Source: Chloracidobacterium sp. (GTDB lineage: Bacteria > Acidobacteriota > Blastocatellia > Pyrinomonadales > Pyrinomonadaceae). Taken from it: DNA of 53,073 nt. The notes under the pieces were generated by a model. The model did not search any database, had not been told where the DNA came from, and saw nothing but the letters and a program-made list of their open reading frames with translations. Shown here piece by piece: positions 27,952-36,687 of the stretch (its first letter is position 1; each line of letters opens with the position of its first letter). The stretch is from NCBI GenBank assembly GCA_043739565.1, contig JAYUDV010000328.1, positions 1 through 53,073 on the forward strand. The letters run 5' to 3'. The translations under genes were made by a program, and so were the position numbers.

Positions 27952-28380
27952 ATGACTCTACGCAAAAGCATCATTCTCTACGGCGTGGCGATGGCGGTGC
28001 TGATGGGCATTCTAAAATTCGCCGAATACCGGTTCTATGTTCGCGATCTCTCGCTTGAGCTTTATCTCGGATTGGTTGCGGTCATCTTCGTAGGGATAGG
28101 GGTTTGGGTCGGCAGACGACTGACGCGCGTAAGGGTGAACGCCCCCGAATCCGAATTTACGGTGGGCGAAGCGGATCTGAAAAAACTTGGTATCACCAAG
28201 CGCGAATATGAGGTATTGGGCCTCATAGCACAGGGGCTATCAAATAAGGAGATCGCTGACAAGCTGTTTGTTTCAACCAGCACTGTCAAAACTCACACAT
28301 CGAATCTTTTTCTAAAGTTAGATGCCAGCCGCCGAACGCAGGCCCTGCAACGAGCAAAAGAACTGCAAATAATTCCCTAG
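27952..28380 (+). CDS. Membrane-anchored LuxR-family transcriptional regulator
   Basis: Two N-terminal hydrophobic helices, then a LuxR/GerE HTH (LSNKEIADKLFVSTSTVKTHTSNLFLKL). ATG 27952 is preferred over GTG 27916. Confidence 0.8.
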   Translation: MTLRKSIILYGVAMAVLMGILKFAEYRFYVRDLSLELYLGLVAVIFVGIGVWVGRRLTRVRVNAPESEFTVGEADLKKLGITKREYEVLGLIAQGLSNKEIADKLFVSTSTVKTHTSNLFLKLDASRRTQALQRAKELQIIP

Positions 28381-28484
28381 CACTTTAGTATGATTTTAGG
28401 CCCGATCCCGTGAATTCATACTTTTGGCCGATTGTATTTCAGTTAATGTCGTGTAATATTCTCGACAAAACGGAGGAAAGAATT

Positions 28485-29018
28485 ATGCGAAAAATTGTTA
28501 TCACTTATGGACTTATTTCTGGAGCGATCATCACGTGCCTCCTGTTGCTTTCGATGTACCTTTGGGAAAAGGGAATCATTAACTTCGACAACGGCGAGTA
28601 CTTTGGCTACGGCTCGATGCTGGTGGCACTCTCGATGATATTCTTCGGTATCAAATCGTTCCGTGACAATCAAAACGGAAAGTCGATCGGATTTTGGAAG
28701 GGTGCTCAGGTAGGGATCCTTATCAGCCTGCTTGCATCTTTCGTTTATGCCGCCGGCTGGGAAGTATATATGCAGACAAACCCGGAAAATAGCTTCATTG
28801 AAAAATACACCGAACACTACCTTAGCAAGCTAAAGGAAAAAGGCGCTTCGCAAGAAGAGATCGATAAGACTACAAGCGAAATGGCTTCGATGCGGGAAAT
28901 GTATAAAAATCCGATTATTCGTTTTGGCATGACGCTGTTCGAGATACTGCCTGTCGGGATTATAGTGACATTGCTGAGCGCCGCGATATTGAGGAAAAAG
29001 GAAGTTTTGGCCGAATGA
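28485..29018 (+). CDS. DUF4199-like integral membrane protein
   Basis: ATG 28485 is preceded by GGAGGA. Four hydrophobic segments with an amphipathic central region. The family assignment is from memory of the architecture only. Confidence 0.55.
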   Translation: MRKIVITYGLISGAIITCLLLLSMYLWEKGIINFDNGEYFGYGSMLVALSMIFFGIKSFRDNQNGKSIGFWKGAQVGILISLLASFVYAAGWEVYMQTNPENSFIEKYTEHYLSKLKEKGASQEEIDKTTSEMASMREMYKNPIIRFGMTLFEILPVGIIVTLLSAAILRKKEVLAE

Positions 29019-29039
29019 AGGCCTGAATTTCATGCGTGT

Positions 29040-29290
29040 CGTGATTCGGGATGTCGCTACGCGACGGGAGCATTTGTTCTGACCTTCCGTGGGTTTCGTC
29101 GCATAGCGACGGCCTGAATTTAGCCGTGGTGTTTTAACCCACGGTGGAAAGGAAAAAGGTGATCTCGTCGCGTAGCGACGAATGAATCTTTGGTCGTGAA
29201 TTCAATCGTCGCTACGCGACGACCGTCATTATTTCGACATTCCGTGGGTTGAAACCCACGGCCAAAGTCATTTGATCGCTACGCGATCTA
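29040..29290. repeat. Cluster of REP-like palindromic units
   Basis: Five copies of the GTCGC(TA/AT/GT)(C/A)GCGAC-type palindrome at about 29053, 29098, 29167, 29208 and 29275. They are interleaved with CCGTGGGTT...AACCCACGG hairpins at about 29087, 29124-29144 and 29242-29261. Confidence 0.7.
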
Positions 29291-29317
29291 ATACAAATGG
29301 ATAAATAGGAGAAATCT

Positions 29318-29722
29318 ATGTTACGAATCGTTTTGGGCGTTATTGCCGGATTTATTGCCTGGTTGATAGTGTGGGTCGGAAGCGAGAAGGTTCTTTCGGC
29401 CATTTGGCCGGCGTTCGGCGTTCATCAACGCGCGTTCGAAGAGGCGGTTAAAAATGGTGGTCAGTTCACAGCGGACACGGGCGCGCTTCTCACGCATATT
29501 GTCATCGGTTCAATAGTCTCGGTGATGGCCGGAATTCTGGCCGCGCTGATCGCCGGTGAAAACGCACGCGCTCCGCTGGTAGTCGGCATTCTGCTGTTGG
29601 CCATTGGCACAGCGAAAGCCGTTATGTCATGGCAGTATGTTCCCATTTGGTATCACGTTATCTTTACGGCGATCCTACTTCCAATGGCGATCATGGGCGG
29701 TAAACTGATAACCACCACTTAG
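29318..29722 (+). CDS. Small integral membrane protein (4 predicted TM helices), unknown function
   Basis: 134-aa hydrophobic ORF with GGAG upstream. Its 3' third is duplicated at 30476-30678. Confidence 0.6.
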   Translation: MLRIVLGVIAGFIAWLIVWVGSEKVLSAIWPAFGVHQRAFEEAVKNGGQFTADTGALLTHIVIGSIVSVMAGILAALIAGENARAPLVVGILLLAIGTAKAVMSWQYVPIWYHVIFTAILLPMAIMGGKLITTT

Positions 29723-29814
29723 GAAAAATGATTTGTGTGCAATGAAATGGTCAGAACCGGGAGTGGTAGCGAATGGGCTTGCACGGTGAGGTATAATCGG
29801 ATGAGGAGAATTTT

Positions 29815-30048
29815 ATGTCAGAAGTTGTATTAACATTACCGGATAATATCGCAAAAGAAGCCGAGGGTCTCGGGTTGTTCAAAACCCGGAATATGACATC
29901 AATGCTCAGAGCCGAGATTCGCCGTCGAAAGTCCGATAAGTTTTTCGAGATGATCGACCGGCTCGCCGAGGTCAGCGGCGAACCGATGTCGAATGAAGAA
30001 ATAAATGCCGAGATCGCAGCGGCTCGCGCGACGCGTAGGCTCCCATAG
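29815..30048 (+). CDS. Type II antitoxin partnered with the PIN toxin
   Basis: 77-aa ORF with a GAGGAG Shine-Dalgarno. Its stop abuts the ATG of the PIN gene (TAGATG). Confidence 0.6.
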   Translation: MSEVVLTLPDNIAKEAEGLGLFKTRNMTSMLRAEIRRRKSDKFFEMIDRLAEVSGEPMSNEEINAEIAAARATRRLP

Positions 30049-30468
30049 ATGCGTGTAACGGCAGACACCAACACGATTGTTTCGGGATCGTTATGGCAGG
30101 GCAATCCGAGGCGAATTCTTGAGGCAGCCCGCAGCGGCACCATAGAGCTTTTCACGAGCCTGAAGCTGATTGCGGAACTGGAGGAAGTCTTGAGTCGCGG
30201 CAAGTTTGCTGCGATAATATCGAAGGCCGAAAGTTCACCTCGTGAAATTGTCAGAAATTACAGGCTGGTCGCAACGGTTATCAATGCCGAACCCGTAGAT
30301 CCTGTCGTAATCCGCGACCCGGACGACGACGAGGTGATCGCCTGTGCAGTCGCCTCGCGTTCCGAGGTTATAGTGTCCGGCGATAACGATTTGCTCGATT
30401 TGAAGCGGTACAAGAATATTCGCATCCTGACTGCAACGGAACTGCTGTCGGAATTAAATTTGCAATGA
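30049..30468 (+). CDS. PIN-domain toxin (PIN_3 / TIGR00305-like)
   Basis: MRVTADTNTIVSGSLWQGNPRRILEAA...DPDDDEVIACAVASRSEVIVSGDNDLLDL. The acidic PIN residues are in the expected order. Confidence 0.8.
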   Translation: MRVTADTNTIVSGSLWQGNPRRILEAARSGTIELFTSLKLIAELEEVLSRGKFAAIISKAESSPREIVRNYRLVATVINAEPVDPVVIRDPDDDEVIACAVASRSEVIVSGDNDLLDLKRYKNIRILTATELLSELNLQ

Positions 30469-30475
30469 TGGGACG

Positions 30476-30678
30476 GTGATGGCCGGATGTCTGGCCGCGT
30501 TGATCGCCTGTGAAAACGCGCGAGCGCCGCTAGTCGTCGGCTGTCTGCTGCTGGCCTTAGGTATACTAAAGGCGGTTATGTCCTGGCCGTATGTTCCCAT
30601 TTGGTATCACGTTATCTTTACGGCGATGCTGCTTCCAATGGCGATCATCGGCGGTAAACTGATAAACAACACTTAGGA
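30476..30678 (+). pseudogene. Orphan diverged duplicate of the 3' third of the membrane-protein gene 29318-29722
   Basis: Codon-by-codon alignable with 29522-29724 (VMAGILAALIAGENARAPLVVG... versus MMAGCLAALIACENARAPLVVG...). It keeps an open frame of 66 aa with GTG/ATG at its start. Confidence 0.7.
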
Positions 30679-30686
30679 GAAAAAAA

Positions 30687-31175
30687 ATGAGACTTGGGTC
30701 ACTATTGTTTGTATTGGTCGTTCTCTTTGTTGCCGTTGCGGTCGATGCAGATGGCCAAGAAGTGAGCAAGAACGACGAATTGCTCAGATTGGATCAGCAA
30801 TGGCAGGACGCCGTCGTTGCCGGGGATGTAAAATTTATCGAGAAGCGAACTGTCGACGACTTTCTCTTCACACATGGGGGTGGAACCAAAGGAGATACGA
30901 AGGCGGATTGGGTCCGTCGGACCAAACAAGTTCCGAAGACGTTTCTACAACGTAAGGTTAGCAACCAATCCGTGGAGATACATGGTGATATTGCTCTGAT
31001 TTTCGGACGGCTGGATGTACGCTCAATAACCCAAACCGATTCGAATCCAGGTTGCTATGCCGTTCAGTACGTGCATTTGTATGCTCGGCGGCACCGCCAG
31101 TGGAAATTTCTGTCGCACCGGACAACACAAAGCCTTGAGACGAGGCACCAGTGCGCCCAAAGTGAGAGCAAGTGA
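30687..31175 (+). CDS. Secreted DUF4440 / SnoaL-like (NTF2-fold) protein
   Basis: Signal peptide MRLGSLLFVLVVLFVAVAVDA. LDQQWQDAVVAGDVKFIEK...DDFLFTH is typical of DUF4440. Confidence 0.65.
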   Translation: MRLGSLLFVLVVLFVAVAVDADGQEVSKNDELLRLDQQWQDAVVAGDVKFIEKRTVDDFLFTHGGGTKGDTKADWVRRTKQVPKTFLQRKVSNQSVEIHGDIALIFGRLDVRSITQTDSNPGCYAVQYVHLYARRHRQWKFLSHRTTQSLETRHQCAQSESK

Positions 31176-31281
31176 TCCGAACTGTCTAACAGACTGCATT
31201 CCGCACCTTATAACTCCCTTACAAAATCCATTCTCGACAATTCGCCATTTTCGTTCGATTCATGAAACCGTTCGGTTGCAC

Positions 31282-31311
31282 TTGACATTTGCAACCGTTT
31301 GGTTGCATACT
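31282..31311 (+). promoter_or_regulatory. Putative sigma70 promoter with embedded ArsR-type operator palindrome
   Basis: TTGACA at 31282-31287, CATACT at 31306-31311 (18-nt spacer). The inverted repeat TGCAACC-GTTT-GGTTGCA at 31290-31307 fills the spacer. A related half-repeat AACCGTTCGGTTGCA lies at 31266-31280. Confidence 0.45.
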
Positions 31312-31324
31312 CTTGTTCGAAGTC

Positions 31325-31651
31325 ATGAAACGAGATATTTTTCAAGCCATAGCTGACCCGACAAGGCGGGCGATCATTGCGTTGATAGCGATTCAGGCGA
31401 TGACGCCGAATGCTATTGCCGAAAATTTTCACACTACGCGGCAAGCTGTTTCCAAGCATCTGCGAATACTGACAGAATGCGAGCTTATAAGACAGGAACA
31501 AAAGGGACGGGAGATTTACTATTCGCTTGAGATCGAAAAAATGAAAGAGATCGACAAATGGTTAGAGCAATACAGAGAGATCTGGAAAGCGCGATTTAGT
31601 CAACTAGAAGACGTACTGGCAACGATCAAAAAACAGAAAGAGGAGAAATAA
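31325..31651 (+). CDS. ArsR/SmtB-family transcriptional regulator
   Basis: [55 protein letters not shown] (winged HTH). Confidence 0.85.
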   Translation: MKRDIFQAIADPTRRAIIALIAIQAMTPNAIAENFHTTRQAVSKHLRILTECELIRQEQKGREIYYSLEIEKMKEIDKWLEQYREIWKARFSQLEDVLATIKKQKEEK

Positions 31652-31652
31652 C

Positions 31653-32153
31653 ATGCAAATGGATTTTATTGTCAACAAAGAGACGAAGACGGTCTCCATA
31701 ACCAAGGAATTTGCGGCCGAGCTTTCACTGGTGTGGGATGCGTATACAAAGGCGGAACTTCTTGACCAGTGGTGGGCGCCAAAACCTTGGGCATCGAGAA
31801 CTAAGGTCATGGAATTCAGAGAGGGTGGCCGCAGGTTTTATGCAATGGTCAGCCCTGAGGGTGACGAGCGTTGGGCAGTTCAGAAATACAGTTCCATTAC
31901 CCCGAAAACCAATTTCAAGCTTTTCAACGCCTTTGCCGACGCAGACGAAAATCTTGAATTACCGGGTTCCGATTGGGACCTCAATTTCAGCGAGCAAGAC
32001 GGAACGACAACGGTCAGCATTTCTATTTACAACGAATCCCTGGAACGCTTGGAGAGGATGGTCGAAATGGGCTTTGTCGAAGGAACAAAGATGCAGTTGA
32101 AAAATCTGGAAGAACTGCTAACAAAATTAACGCAGGAAAGGGAGTCAAAATAA
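31653..32153 (+). CDS. SRPBCC-superfamily protein (AHSA1 / activator of Hsp90 ATPase homologue-like)
   Basis: 166 aa. The ArsR-plus-AHSA1 gene pair is a very common arrangement. Motifs [11 protein letters not shown] and GGRRFYAM. Confidence 0.75.
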   Translation: MQMDFIVNKETKTVSITKEFAAELSLVWDAYTKAELLDQWWAPKPWASRTKVMEFREGGRRFYAMVSPEGDERWAVQKYSSITPKTNFKLFNAFADADENLELPGSDWDLNFSEQDGTTTVSISIYNESLERLERMVEMGFVEGTKMQLKNLEELLTKLTQERESK

Positions 32154-32752
32154 TGAGAAAATTAATCGCAAGTGAATTCATGACAATCGATGGTGTCATA
32201 CAGTCTTAGGAATCGGAGGGCGACGGGTTTAAGTACGGCGGGTGGTTTTTCCCCTACGCGGACGAAGTGACGGGAGCCGTGGTGCAAGCGCGGCTGGCCA
32301 AGCCCATGGATCTGCTGTTAGGGCGAAAGACCTTCGCCGCATGGGAAACGTATTGGCCGACCCATTCGAACTTCTGGCCGAACGTCATGACCGCGACGAA
32401 GTACGTCGCTTCGAACACCCGGACTTTCAGCGATTGGGAGCCCAACGTATTCCTGAGCGGTGACATCGCGGAAAAGGTACGCGAGATCAAACAGCAGGAC
32501 GGCCCCGATATCTACGTCATAGGCAGCGCCGATCTTCTCCAGACGCTTTTCAAAAATGATCTTGTCGATGAGATGGAGCTAATGATAATCCCGATCACCC
32601 TCGGCACCGGAAAACGCCTGTTCGAGAGCGGCGCGCGTCCGGCGTCCTTCAAGGTGACCAAAAGCCAAGTAGCTCCAAAAGGGATCATCATCGTCACATA
32701 CAAACGAGACGGCGACGTAAAAACCGGAGCACCTCAGATCAAAGAGGACTGA
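32153..32752 (+). pseudogene. Dihydrofolate-reductase-like RibD_C family gene interrupted by one in-frame TAG
   Basis: The ATG at 32153 overlaps the upstream stop (TAATG). It translates as [21 protein letters not shown](32207-32209)[42 protein letters not shown]...[13 protein letters not shown]. One frame is continuous across the stop and matches the family on both sides. Confidence 0.7.
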
Positions 32753-32763
32753 AGATTCAGAAG

Positions 32764-32891
32764 ATTCACCACAGAGGCACAGAGGACACGGAGGCAGATA
32801 TTAATTAGAGCAGGTAAGCTGCGTCTAGTAATATAATAAAGCCGCTTAGACATCTCTGTGTTCTCTGTGTCTCTGTGACTCTGTGGTGAAT
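32764..32891. repeat. Imperfect long inverted repeat built from CACAGAG-type 8-9-nt periodic units
   Basis: Left arm ATTCACCACAGAGGCACAGAGGACACGGAGGCAGAT. The reverse complement of the right arm is ATTCACCACAGAGTCACAGAGACACAGAGAACACAGAGATG. About 50 nt lie between the arms. Confidence 0.6.
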
Positions 32892-32912
32892 AAGTTCGGG
32901 AGAAAAACATAT

Positions 32913-33407
32913 ATGAAAAATAGATTATTTCTTGTAGGTATTCTTACCGCTTGTTTGTATGTCTCCTGCATCGGCAACAAGGTGTCCTTCACTCCCCAAC
33001 AAAAAACAAATGTTCTGGCTGAGGTCCAACTAATGGCCGAAACGATCGCTAAGAATGTTTCTGCGGAGGGACCTACCGCGTGGCTTAACGGCTTTGAAAA
33101 CACACCTGATTTCTTTATGGCCTCGGACGGTCAATTAGCGTTTCCAAATTATGACTCTGCAACCGATTTTATTAATAATAATCTAACCAAGAGCATCAGT
33201 AAGATCGAATTGCAGTGGAGCAATATGCGAATTGACCCGATCTCGGATGAGTTTGCAACATTCAGTGCAATTTTTCATGAAGATATTACCGATAGTACAG
33301 GGCAAAAGTTGTCGCAGAATGGATATTTTACGGCAACTGCACACAAAACTGTTCAAGGCTGGAAATTACGAAATGCCCATTGGTCGAGTATTCCGGCACA
33401 CCAGTAA
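32913..33407 (+). CDS. SnoaL-like / DUF4440-like lipoprotein
   Basis: MKNRLFLVGILTACLYVSC lipoprotein-type signal, NTF2-like length, C-terminal WKLRNAHWS. Confidence 0.6.
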   Translation: MKNRLFLVGILTACLYVSCIGNKVSFTPQQKTNVLAEVQLMAETIAKNVSAEGPTAWLNGFENTPDFFMASDGQLAFPNYDSATDFINNNLTKSISKIELQWSNMRIDPISDEFATFSAIFHEDITDSTGQKLSQNGYFTATAHKTVQGWKLRNAHWSSIPAHQ

Positions 33408-33473
33408 TTTCATGATGTTCGCGTTTGGTTCAAACAGAGCGGTTAAAAATATAGATAACAGGAGAAAAAGCAT

Positions 33474-33869
33474 ATGGCAAAGGTAACAGGCATCGGCGGG
33501 GTATTTTTTAAGAGTGCGGGCAAGGGTTCCGAACTGGCGGCGTGGTACGAGAAGAATCTCGGCCTCGATCTTGAGAGCTGGGGTGGTTCGATATTGAAAT
33601 GGACTGACGATAAAGCCGAGGACGGCGGCCTCACGGTCTGGAGCACGGCCGACGCCGACTCCAAATGGTTTTCGCCGAGCGAGTCTTCCTTCATGATCAA
33701 TTACCGCGTCGATAACCTCGACGAACTCCTCACCCAACTAAAACAAAACGGCGTCGAGATCCTAAAGGGTCCGGATTCCGAAGAAAACGGAAAATTCGCC
33801 TGGATCATGGACCCGGACGGCAACAAGATTGAACTATGGGAGCCTGTTGACAGCAAAGGCAGCCACTAA
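33474..33869 (+). CDS. VOC (glyoxalase/bleomycin-resistance fold) family protein
   Basis: MAKVTGIGGVFFKS...GKFAWIMDPDGNKIELWEP. Confidence 0.75.
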   Translation: MAKVTGIGGVFFKSAGKGSELAAWYEKNLGLDLESWGGSILKWTDDKAEDGGLTVWSTADADSKWFSPSESSFMINYRVDNLDELLTQLKQNGVEILKGPDSEENGKFAWIMDPDGNKIELWEPVDSKGSH

Positions 33870-33914
33870 CACGTGTTTTGCGTTCTACAGGCGTTTGCGT
33901 GAAAATCAAAGTTT

Positions 33915-35456
33915 ATGATTACATGCGTTCGTTTTGCGCCGTCTCCCACAGGCTATCTGCACATCGGTTCCGCCCGAACCGCTTTGTTTAATTACCTTTA
34001 CGCACGCCACACTGGTGGCAAGTTTCTGCTTCGCATCGAGGACACTGACCTCGCCCGCTCGACCGAGGAATCGACCCGCTCGATCCTCGATGGTTTAGCA
34101 TGGCTCGAACTCGGTCACGATGAGGCGATCGTTTTCCAATCAGACAATGCCGATAAACATCGGGCGACGGCCAACAAATTGCTTGGCCAAGGCAAGGCGT
34201 ATCGCGATTTCACACCAAAGGCCGAGCCGTCTGACGCTAACGTAAAAGATGCGATCAAGGATCGCGCCCGCGCCGCTCAAGGTGTAAAAAATATGCGCGA
34301 CAACGAGTATCGCAATCTTTCCACCGAAGAAAGTGATTCGCGTGCCGCCGCCGGTGAGCCTTTTGCGATTCGTTTGAAAGTCGCCGAAACAGGCAAGACC
34401 TCGTTTGAAGATGCAGTTTACGGCTTGCAGGAACGCGATTATAAGGAAACCGAAGATCTCGTCCTGCTCCGCTCCGACGGTCATCCGCTCTATAATCTTG
34501 CAGTCGTCTGTGATGACATCGAGATGAGTATCACGCACGTCATTCGTGGACAGGATCACCTAACAAATGCACACAAGCAAGTGCTGATATACGAAGCCCT
34601 CGGCATCACGCCGCCAACATTCGCGCATTTGCCGTTGATCCTAGCGCCGAACAAAGGCAAGCTGTCGAAACGCAAACACGGCGAGGTCGTTTCAATGACG
34701 ACATATCGCGATGCCGGATTTCTGGCCGCTGCATTTCGCAATTTTCTCGCTTTGCTCGGCTGGTCGGCTGGCGAGGAGAAAGAAATTTATTCGCTCGACG
34801 AACTCGTCGAAAAATTCACCCTCGACGGCATCCACCGCTCAAACGCCGTCTTCAATTTCACCGAAAACGACCCGCGCAAATGGACCGACGACAAGGTCCA
34901 GTGGATGAACGCCGAATACATCCGCACCATGCCGCTCGCAGATCTGCTGCCGTTTGTCAGGCCGGAACTCAAAGCCGCCAGGATGTACCGTGATGAATAT
35001 GAAGACGACGAGAAAGCGTGGTTTGAAAACACGATCAACCTCATCCGCCAGCGTTTTTTCACGCTCAAGGATTTCTCATCGCAGGGCCGTGCGTATTTTA
35101 GCGAAGACTACGATTTCGACCCGGCGGCGATTGAGAAAAATCTCTCGAAATTCCCCGACCTCAAGACGTGGCTCCCCGAACTCGCCGATAGATTTGAGTC
35201 CGAATTCGGCGAAGCCGACCGTGTCAGTAGCCCGCACGTAAGTAAGGGCCATCTTGCATTCACCGAAGAAAATATAGAGTCGGTCGTCAAAGCCTTCACC
35301 GAAGAAAAAGGCACAAAACTCGGCGTCATTATGAACAGCGCCCGCACGTTGCTCACTGGCGTTGCCGTCGGGCCGTCAATGCTGGCTGTTTTTGAGACTT
35401 TGGGGAAGGAAAGGTCGATCCTGCGGCTGCGAAGCCAGATCGTATGGAATAGCTAG
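33915..35456 (+). CDS. gltX: Glutamate--tRNA ligase
   Basis: VRFAPSPTGYLHIGSARTALFNY (HIGH), KLSKRK (KMSKS), RIEDTD. Carries the 28-nt repeat insert at 35221-35248. Confidence 0.95.
   Translation: MITCVRFAPSPTGYLHIGSARTALFNYLYARHTGGKFLLRIEDTDLARSTEESTRSILDGLAWLELGHDEAIVFQSDNADKHRATANKLLGQGKAYRDFTPKAEPSDANVKDAIKDRARAAQGVKNMRDNEYRNLSTEESDSRAAAGEPFAIRLKVAETGKTSFEDAVYGLQERDYKETEDLVLLRSDGHPLYNLAVVCDDIEMSITHVIRGQDHLTNAHKQVLIYEALGITPPTFAHLPLILAPNKGKLSKRKHGEVVSMTTYRDAGFLAAAFRNFLALLGWSAGEEKEIYSLDELVEKFTLDGIHRSNAVFNFTENDPRKWTDDKVQWMNAEYIRTMPLADLLPFVRPELKAARMYRDEYEDDEKAWFENTINLIRQRFFTLKDFSSQGRAYFSEDYDFDPAAIEKNLSKFPDLKTWLPELADRFESEFGEADRVSSPHVSKGHLAFTEENIESVVKAFTEEKGTKLGVIMNSARTLLTGVAVGPSMLAVFETLGKERSILRLRSQIVWNS
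35221..35248 (+). repeat. 28-nt repeat unit embedded in frame in gltX
   Basis: GTGTCAGTAGCCCGCACGTAAGTAAGGG, encoding VSSPHVSKG. Identical at 27 of 28 nt to 37734-37761. Confidence 0.85.
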
Positions 35457-35542
35457 GTCATTCGCTCATTCCAAAGCTTTTCCCTTTGCGTTAGAATGGG
35501 TTATATGAAGATAACTAAACAATTTTCGCCCGCATCGAATAT

Positions 35543-36466
35543 ATGAAAGGAGCCACCAAACAGATGCGCAACCAAACCGTTTCACCTGCCGCCGATCCCG
35601 ATTTTGCGATCGAGAATTTCATCGTCAAGGATGAAGACCTACCCGAATTTCGGGACATGAAGTTCGAAAATATCAACGAGCTTCACCTCGATCATCCCGG
35701 GGCGAACGACGCCGAATACCGCTCCCGCCGCGACTATATAGCTGGCCTGTCAAAAAATTTCCGCATGACGGGCGAGATCACCGACGTTGAATACAACGCG
35801 CGCGAGCAGCGTGTCTGGCGATACGTGGCAGAGGAATTGGAGGAACTACAGCAGAAGTTTGCTAGTCCGTTTTATCTGCGGGCTAAGACAGACCTGGGAA
35901 TCAAAACCGATCAAATTCCGCAGCTTTCGGAGATGAACCGGCGTCTGAAAGATCTGACCGGATTTCGCCTCGCACCGATCGAGGGCTTGGTCGAGACACG
36001 CGGGTTTCTCTCATGGCTTTCTTATCGCGTGATGCTCTGCACGCAATACATCCGACACCATTCACAACCGGCGTACACGCCCGAACCGGACATCGTCCAC
36101 GAAGCGATCGGCCACATTCCGATGTTCACCAATCCGAATTTTGCTGATTTTTCGCAGTTCATCGGCCATGGCGCTCGTATCGCGAACGACAAGCAGCTTG
36201 AGGAACTCGGCCGGCTCTATTGGTTCACCGTCGAATTCGGCATGGTCGAAAACGAGGGCAACATAAAGGCGTACGGCGCGGGTCTGCTGTCCAGCTTTGG
36301 CGAACTCGAACACGCGTTCTCCGACAAGGTAGAGCGTCGCCCATTCGATCTCGAACAGGTCATCAACACGCCCTACGATTACAGCGACATGCAGCCGATC
36401 CTGTATGTCATCCCGTCGTATGCTGAATTGAAGGAAGTAACAAGGAAGTATATTGAATCGTTTTGA
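35543..36466 (+). CDS. phhA: Phenylalanine 4-hydroxylase (biopterin-dependent aromatic amino acid hydroxylase)
   Basis: [16 protein letters not shown] iron ligands, [18 protein letters not shown]. An alternative start at ATG 35564 lies downstream of AAGGAG. Confidence 0.9.
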   Translation: MKGATKQMRNQTVSPAADPDFAIENFIVKDEDLPEFRDMKFENINELHLDHPGANDAEYRSRRDYIAGLSKNFRMTGEITDVEYNAREQRVWRYVAEELEELQQKFASPFYLRAKTDLGIKTDQIPQLSEMNRRLKDLTGFRLAPIEGLVETRGFLSWLSYRVMLCTQYIRHHSQPAYTPEPDIVHEAIGHIPMFTNPNFADFSQFIGHGARIANDKQLEELGRLYWFTVEFGMVENEGNIKAYGAGLLSSFGELEHAFSDKVERRPFDLEQVINTPYDYSDMQPILYVIPSYAELKEVTRKYIESF

Positions 36467-36489
36467 TCGAAAGGCCGATAAAAAATGCA

Positions 36490-36687
36490 ATGCCGGAATT
36501 GGAAGATTTTCATTTAAGAGAACGAAAGGAAATATCGCGAGCTTATTTACGATCACTTCCACCGGAGGCAAAAATCGCTCGAACGCTTATTCTGCAAGAA
36601 CAATACTATGCGATGCTCTTAGTACGAGCAGAAAATGGTGGACGACCGATACCCGTAAAATGGCATGTTGCAAGATATGGAACTTGA
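36490..36687 (+). CDS. Small hypothetical protein (65 aa from ATG 36490; track ORF starts at 36463)
   Basis: The ORF overlaps or abuts the phhA stop. No recognisable motifs. Its stop codon lies in the outer stem of the nested palindrome. Confidence 0.3.
   Translation: MPELEDFHLRERKEISRAYLRSLPPEAKIARTLILQEQYYAMLLVRAENGGRPIPVKWHVARYGT

Noticed and set aside
29040-29290. Possible CRISPR array, because of repeated palindromic units.
   Set aside because: The units are only about 13-20 nt, vary in sequence and orientation, are irregularly spaced, and there are no cas genes. The pattern is REP/BIME-like, not CRISPR.
29792-29797. TATAAT box upstream of the PIN-cassette antitoxin, as a confirmed cassette-borne promoter.
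   Set aside because: No acceptable -35 hexamer lies at 16-19 nt spacing (only GCGAAT). It is mentioned as a hint within the finding but not called as a feature.
27780-33900. Integrated prophage or ICE at tRNA-Ser.
   Set aside because: No integrase, excisionase, phage structural, conjugation or replication genes are present, and I could not spot a repeat of the tRNA 3' end. At most this is a decayed islet (reported as a low-interest finding).
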